Of a stretch of DNA of 61,740 nucleotides, positions 58,026 to 61,740 are shown one piece after another. How positions within the stretch are numbered: position 1 is the first letter of the stretch; each line of letters opens with the position of its first letter. Under the pieces are notes generated by a model. The model was not told where the DNA came from. It ran no database searches and saw nothing but the letters and a program-made list of their open reading frames with translations. The stretch spans positions 1 through 61,740 of the forward strand of contig JAWOAV010000002.1 of NCBI GenBank assembly GCA_046498365.1. Direction: 5' to 3'. The stretch is from Desulfosalsimonadaceae bacterium (lineage in GTDB: Bacteria > Desulfobacterota > Desulfobacteria > Desulfobacterales > Desulfosalsimonadaceae). A program made the translations under genes and the position numbers.

Positions 58026-58670
58026 ATGAAACACTCGGGAAAAACCCATAAAAAAGAGACACGGGAGGCCATTATCGAGGCGGCGATACAGGTGTTTTCC
58101 GATTATCCGTATTCTTCCGCCAGCATCCGCAGGATCGGAAAAGCCGCCGGAATCGATCATCCGCTGGTCAATTATTATTTCCCGACCAAGGCGGCGCTGT
58201 TTGAGGAAATGCTGGAAACCGTCACGGCCGTCTATTACGAAGCAAACATCTCTTGGTTTGAGGGACTGGAAGGACTGGACCCGGAGGCCGGTCTTTCCCT
58301 GTACCTGGACCGTTTTCTCGATTTTGCCCTCAAACACCCCAAACCGCTCCGGATCATCGCCCTTAACCTGGTCCCGGCCCAGGGACTGGACATTGTTCCC
58401 GGATACCAGCGCCTCCAGTCGCTTTTCACGAAAATGACCCGGACCTTCATGACGGCGGCCCCCCTGCAGGGACCCACAAACAGCATCGAGATGCTCACCA
58501 CCCATTTCAACACGCTGGCCATCAACTACCTGGGGGCGGGCGCATACTATGCCGGCATCCTGGGAATGACGCCCGGCAGCCCCGAATACCTGAAATGGGT
58601 CAAGGAATCATTGACGTTTATGGTGCTGCCCCTATTGAGACAGCTGCTAATCAGTGATGAAGAAACCTGA
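58026..58670 (+). CDS. TetR family transcriptional regulator
   Basis: ATG at 58026 within ORF 57867..58670. TREAIIEAAIQVFSDYPYSSASIRRIGKAAGIDHPLVNYYF is the helix-turn-helix. Confidence 0.9.
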   Translation: MKHSGKTHKKETREAIIEAAIQVFSDYPYSSASIRRIGKAAGIDHPLVNYYFPTKAALFEEMLETVTAVYYEANISWFEGLEGLDPEAGLSLYLDRFLDFALKHPKPLRIIALNLVPAQGLDIVPGYQRLQSLFTKMTRTFMTAAPLQGPTNSIEMLTTHFNTLAINYLGAGAYYAGILGMTPGSPEYLKWVKESLTFMVLPLLRQLLISDEET

Positions 58671-58702
58671 ATTCCCGGAACACCCGGTATCTGCCATCAT
58701 AT

Positions 58703-58732
58703 AAAAGCCCTGCCGGTTCGGCAGGGCTTTTT
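58703..58732. terminator. Bidirectional intrinsic terminator
   Basis: AAAA-GCCCTGCCG-GTT-CGGCAGGGC-TTTTT. Confidence 0.75.
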
Positions 58733-58762
58733 GGTTGCACACCGGGAAACGCTTTATTCGCG

Positions 58763-59989
58763 CTATTTGATTTCATCCACCCCCAGCGGAAATTTGGACA
58801 GGGGCTCGCAGTGATCCGAATGGATGATAATGGGGTTTTCGTAGCGGAACCCGATACCTTCCTCTGGGCAGGCATACTGCATGGCGCAGATCAGGAGTTC
58901 GTTTTCCCGGTAGACGTGGTCCGGGTTGGTCCAGTAGGGAAACGGCCCGTCATTCAACCCGATCCGCCATTCATCGCCGGCCATGCCGATGCCATGCTCG
59001 AAGCCCGGCACCATGTAGTCGGCAAACCCCCGCTCTTCGGCAAACCCCATCATCTTTTCCGCGATCAGTGAGGGTGTCATGTCCGCCCGGTAGGTTTCCA
59101 GGGTTTTTGTGACAATATCGACAAAGTTGTTTGCGTGCCACCACTGCCGGTCCGTGACCGGCGCCATCAGGTAGTTGTGGGAGTGATCCCCCAATCCCAG
59201 CTTGAACATGGCGTGGATATCCACCATGAGCGGTTCCCCGGCTTGAAGTGCCCGCCGCGATGCCGGGGTGCAGGCCCCGCCGGCGAATCCCGTCCGGTAG
59301 CCGCTGGCGATTTCGTTGCCGCCGGTAAACGACCATTCCCATTCGCTGCCGGCGCGTCGCATGGCAAGGGCTGCGATGCCCGCGATTTCGGTTTCGGTCA
59401 TTTTCCTGTACCCGCCGTCACGGATGGCGTCGAATACGGCCTGGTGTCCGACATCCACGATGCGGGAGGCTTCCCGGAACCGGTTGATGGTCCCTTCATC
59501 CTTGATTAAGGCGAGCTTATCGATGATCGTGTGGGCGTTGACCAGTTCACACCCGGACAGGGCCGCCTGGAATTGACTGTATTCATAATGGGTGAGCCAC
59601 CCTTCGGGCAGGTAATTGGACATGCCGCTTTCCACGCCGATTCTGCCCCGCCCGTTTTTCAGGTTTTCCAATATACATTCAGATATCTGTTCAATCTGGT
59701 CCTGCCCCCCCATGGGGGCGAATCCCATGACGTTGTCCTCGCCCAGCCAGGAATCATCCGCCACCCGGGCCGCATCGATGACAAAGGTGAAGACCGTGGG
59801 CAGACCTTCGGCCGGTATCACCACGAAGCTCCGCCACGGACAAAAGGCATCGGCGGTCCATGACAGGGTCCGGAGCCGGGAACCTAAATAGAGGTCGATG
59901 TCCCGGGTCCCCATTTCCGCCTGGATCGCTTTTATTCGCCCGGGAAAATCGATAAAATACGGGTCTTTCGTATTCGTATGATGCGTCAT
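58763..59989 (-). CDS. M24 family metallopeptidase (creatinase / Xaa-Pro peptidase-like)
   Basis: ATG at 59989 with an AAGGAGG Shine-Dalgarno. Creatinase_N-like N-terminal domain and pita-bread-fold motifs (VDIHAMF..GLGDHSHN, FEHGIGM, YENPIII). Confidence 0.75.
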   Translation of the reverse strand: MTHHTNTKDPYFIDFPGRIKAIQAEMGTRDIDLYLGSRLRTLSWTADAFCPWRSFVVIPAEGLPTVFTFVIDAARVADDSWLGEDNVMGFAPMGGQDQIEQISECILENLKNGRGRIGVESGMSNYLPEGWLTHYEYSQFQAALSGCELVNAHTIIDKLALIKDEGTINRFREASRIVDVGHQAVFDAIRDGGYRKMTETEIAGIAALAMRRAGSEWEWSFTGGNEIASGYRTGFAGGACTPASRRALQAGEPLMVDIHAMFKLGLGDHSHNYLMAPVTDRQWWHANNFVDIVTKTLETYRADMTPSLIAEKMMGFAEERGFADYMVPGFEHGIGMAGDEWRIGLNDGPFPYWTNPDHVYRENELLICAMQYACPEEGIGFRYENPIIIHSDHCEPLSKFPLGVDEIK

Positions 59990-60003
59990 GGAAAGCCTCC
60001 TTG

Positions 60004-60411
60004 TCATGCATATTCCGTTGGAATGGTCGCCAGGACCTTGTTGAGCCGGTCGGCCAGAGACGCGAGCTTGAGCGCCTTGACCATGTTCCCCTTGAGTTTG
60101 AGCTTCATGGTCATCAGGGCTTTTTGTGCGCCCAGCTCCCCCCGGGTAATTTTGGCAAATGTCTGGTAATCCCCGGAAATAGCGAACTCGGCCTTGGGCG
60201 GCTGGCCGGTCCCGACCTGGATATCGGCGAATTTGCCGTCAACAAATTTGAAGAAAAGATATTTTTCCGACCCGTCCGGCGGGCAGTTGCGGTAAATGTT
60301 GCTCATGGACGAGGTGACGAAATTCATCCGTTCCGGGGGGAGTTCGGTGGAAAGGCGTTTTTCCGCCTCATCACGCCATTGCGGGCTTAAATACGGATAT
60401 GTACGGGTCAT
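60004..60411 (-). CDS. SCP2 sterol-binding-domain protein
   Basis: 135 aa. ...ISGDYQTFAKITRGELGAQKALMTMKLKLKGNMVKALKL is the typical SCP2 C-terminal pattern. Confidence 0.7.
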   Translation of the reverse strand: MTRTYPYLSPQWRDEAEKRLSTELPPERMNFVTSSMSNIYRNCPPDGSEKYLFFKFVDGKFADIQVGTGQPPKAEFAISGDYQTFAKITRGELGAQKALMTMKLKLKGNMVKALKLASLADRLNKVLATIPTEYA

Positions 60412-60495
60412 GGCAAATCCTCCTTTTCGGGGTTACTATCTCGCAAAATAACTGGCATATGAACGTTGACAAAAACCGGCAAACGCGGACAACCG

Positions 60496-61083
60496 TTACG
60501 CGTTTTCGGAAAACAGTCCCCGTGTGCACAAATCGACCGTATCTTCAAACATTGCATGAAGCCGGTCGTCTTCGGTGCGGATGTACATGCGGATGATAAA
60601 CATCTTGTAAATCATGAAAATCACCTCGGAAATCCGGTCCGGGTCAATGGGCCGGAAAGCGCCTTCGTCAATGCCCTGCTGTACAATGGACCGAATCAGG
60701 GCAACGGAATTCCGGTTGATCCCGGCAAAAGGGTCCCTGTCGGCAAACATGGGAAAGATCTCCGGGTCCCGGACCAGCAGGTTTCGAAGCAGGTTGTCCT
60801 CTGACAGGTACTGGACGGCCTTTTCGCACATGATCCGGAATTTTTCTCTCACATCCGTTTCGGCGCCGACGGCCTCCAGAACCCGGGACTGCCAGCAAAG
60901 CAGGGCATTGGCAACCGTTTTGCGGTAGAGGTCCTTCTTGTTTTTCACATACAGATACAGGTTGCCCTTGGTCATGCCCAGTCGCCCGGCAATGTCCTCC
61001 ATGGTGGCTTTCTGGTAGCCGTATTCCGAAAACACGGCCAGAGCGGTCTGGTATATGTTCTGGATGTCCTCCCGGGGTTTCAT
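60496..61083 (-). CDS. TetR/AcrR family transcriptional regulator
   Basis: ATG at 61083 (alternative 61089). IYQTALAVFSEYGYQKATMEDIAGRLGMTKGNLYLYVKNKKDLY is the helix-turn-helix. Confidence 0.9.
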   Translation of the reverse strand: MKPREDIQNIYQTALAVFSEYGYQKATMEDIAGRLGMTKGNLYLYVKNKKDLYRKTVANALLCWQSRVLEAVGAETDVREKFRIMCEKAVQYLSEDNLLRNLLVRDPEIFPMFADRDPFAGINRNSVALIRSIVQQGIDEGAFRPIDPDRISEVIFMIYKMFIIRMYIRTEDDRLHAMFEDTVDLCTRGLFSENA

Positions 61084-61094
61084 TCGCATTTCCT

Positions 61095-61131
61095 TTAAAT
61101 AAATAAACAAACTGTTTATTTGTTTATTTAA
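61095..61131. promoter_or_regulatory. AT-rich imperfect palindrome, candidate operator for the adjacent TetR
   Basis: TTAAATAAATAAACAAAC-T-GTTTATTTGTTTATTTAA: 18-nt arms with 2 mismatches, 12 nt upstream of the tetR start. Confidence 0.45.
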
Positions 61132-61299
61132 AACGCTTTTTCCGATTCGTCAAGAACATTTTGAGGGAAGACGAACAAGGGGCCGATTCGGCTTGACAGG
61201 AAATTCCCAACCGACTAATTTAAAAACGCTAAATCCATAGACTCACAGGCACTTGACGCAAATTTCCCCGGCAGATGCATAGAAAAATCGGGAGACCCT

Positions 61300-61740
61300 A
61301 TGAAAAAATGGTTGATAGGCGGAATCATTCTGGTTGCTTTTGCTGCCTTTTTCCCCTGGAGCAAAGAACCACCCCCTTCAGTTGTTGTCGAAACGGTATT
61401 TGCAAGAATAACAGATGTTAAGGATGCCGTGAAAAAAACAAAGGAAGAAGGTTCTTCTAAAGACGCCGCCAAAGAACTTGCCGAATCAAGAACTTCCCTG
61501 CAAAGCGCTTTTTTGCATCCAAGGAAGGCAAAACTGATTGTATTCCCCTTGATGATGCTGGATCTGGAAAAAGTGGAACTCGTAGAAGAAAGGGTTGACG
61601 GAAAAACGGCGTGGGTAATAATAGAATATACCGTGGTGGGTTTTGGACAAAAGGCTGCTTTCGATGAATCGGTGCGAAAAAGAGATCGTATGACCTTTCG
61701 ATTGAAAAAAGAAAAAGGGCGGTGGTTAATTGCGGATATT
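61300..61740 (+). CDS. Hypothetical exported or membrane-anchored protein; partial, open to the window end
   Basis: Absent from the ORF track because there is no stop. ATG at 61300 follows GGGAGA. My translation, MKKWLIGGIILVAFAAFFPW...GKTAWVIIEYTVVGFGQKAAF...RWLIADI, has no stop through 61740. Confidence 0.5.
   Translation, partial: MKKWLIGGIILVAFAAFFPWSKEPPPSVVVETVFARITDVKDAVKKTKEEGSSKDAAKELAESRTSLQSAFLHPRKAKLIVFPLMMLDLEKVELVEERVDGKTAWVIIEYTVVGFGQKAAFDESVRKRDRMTFRLKKEKGRWLIADI

Overview
This looks like chromosomal, mostly housekeeping and metabolic DNA from an anaerobic Desulfobacterota-type (deltaproteobacterial) genome. That assignment is inferred from gene content (iron-sulfur flavoprotein, glycyl-radical enzyme, DUF169) and from the structured intergenic repeats. 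About 45 protein-coding genes are supported. In window order they are:
- MarR plus an acyl-CoA-dehydrogenase-like protein.
- A DAC (DisA_N)-like protein.
- znuA-znuC-znuB, extended by a YidD-like lipoprotein and a CBM48 protein.
- A fused DAHP synthase-prephenate dehydratase.
- A GGDEF cyclase and a 1016-aa orphan membrane protein.
- PlsC and an orphan HisKA_3 kinase.
- Aconitase, citrate synthase and fumarase.
- LarE and a Lys/Glu-Pro low-complexity membrane protein.
- A TolC-MFP-RND efflux pump.
- Isf, then a glycyl-radical enzyme divergent from a YcaO-TPR protein.
- A BtuFCD/FecBCD-type importer.
- An EHD-like ATPase-RecX operon convergent with a dynamin-like GTPase-ParA operon.
- Glycerate kinase, a TPR protein, an MscK-like channel and a FadL-like outer-membrane protein.
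- A TetR-controlled DUF169/propeller-like/DJ-1/MBL operon.
- A TetR-SCP2-M24 peptidase operon.

I saw no rRNA, tRNA, CRISPR array, integrase or transposase. Four families of short structured intergenic repeats (A-D) recur across the window.

The most interesting observations are:
1. A Phe-codon leader peptide with tandem terminators and an antiterminator, upstream of the DAHPS-PDT fusion.
2. A bacterial EHD-like ATPase and a dynamin-like GTPase clustered with RecX and an orphan ParA.
3. A YcaO-TPR gene divergent from an activase-less glycyl-radical enzyme, across a 70-bp perfect palindrome.
4. A DAC-fold protein with an altered RHR motif.
5. Repeat elements that bracket the ABC binding-protein gene.

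All functional calls rest on by-eye motif recognition and need profile or structure searches.
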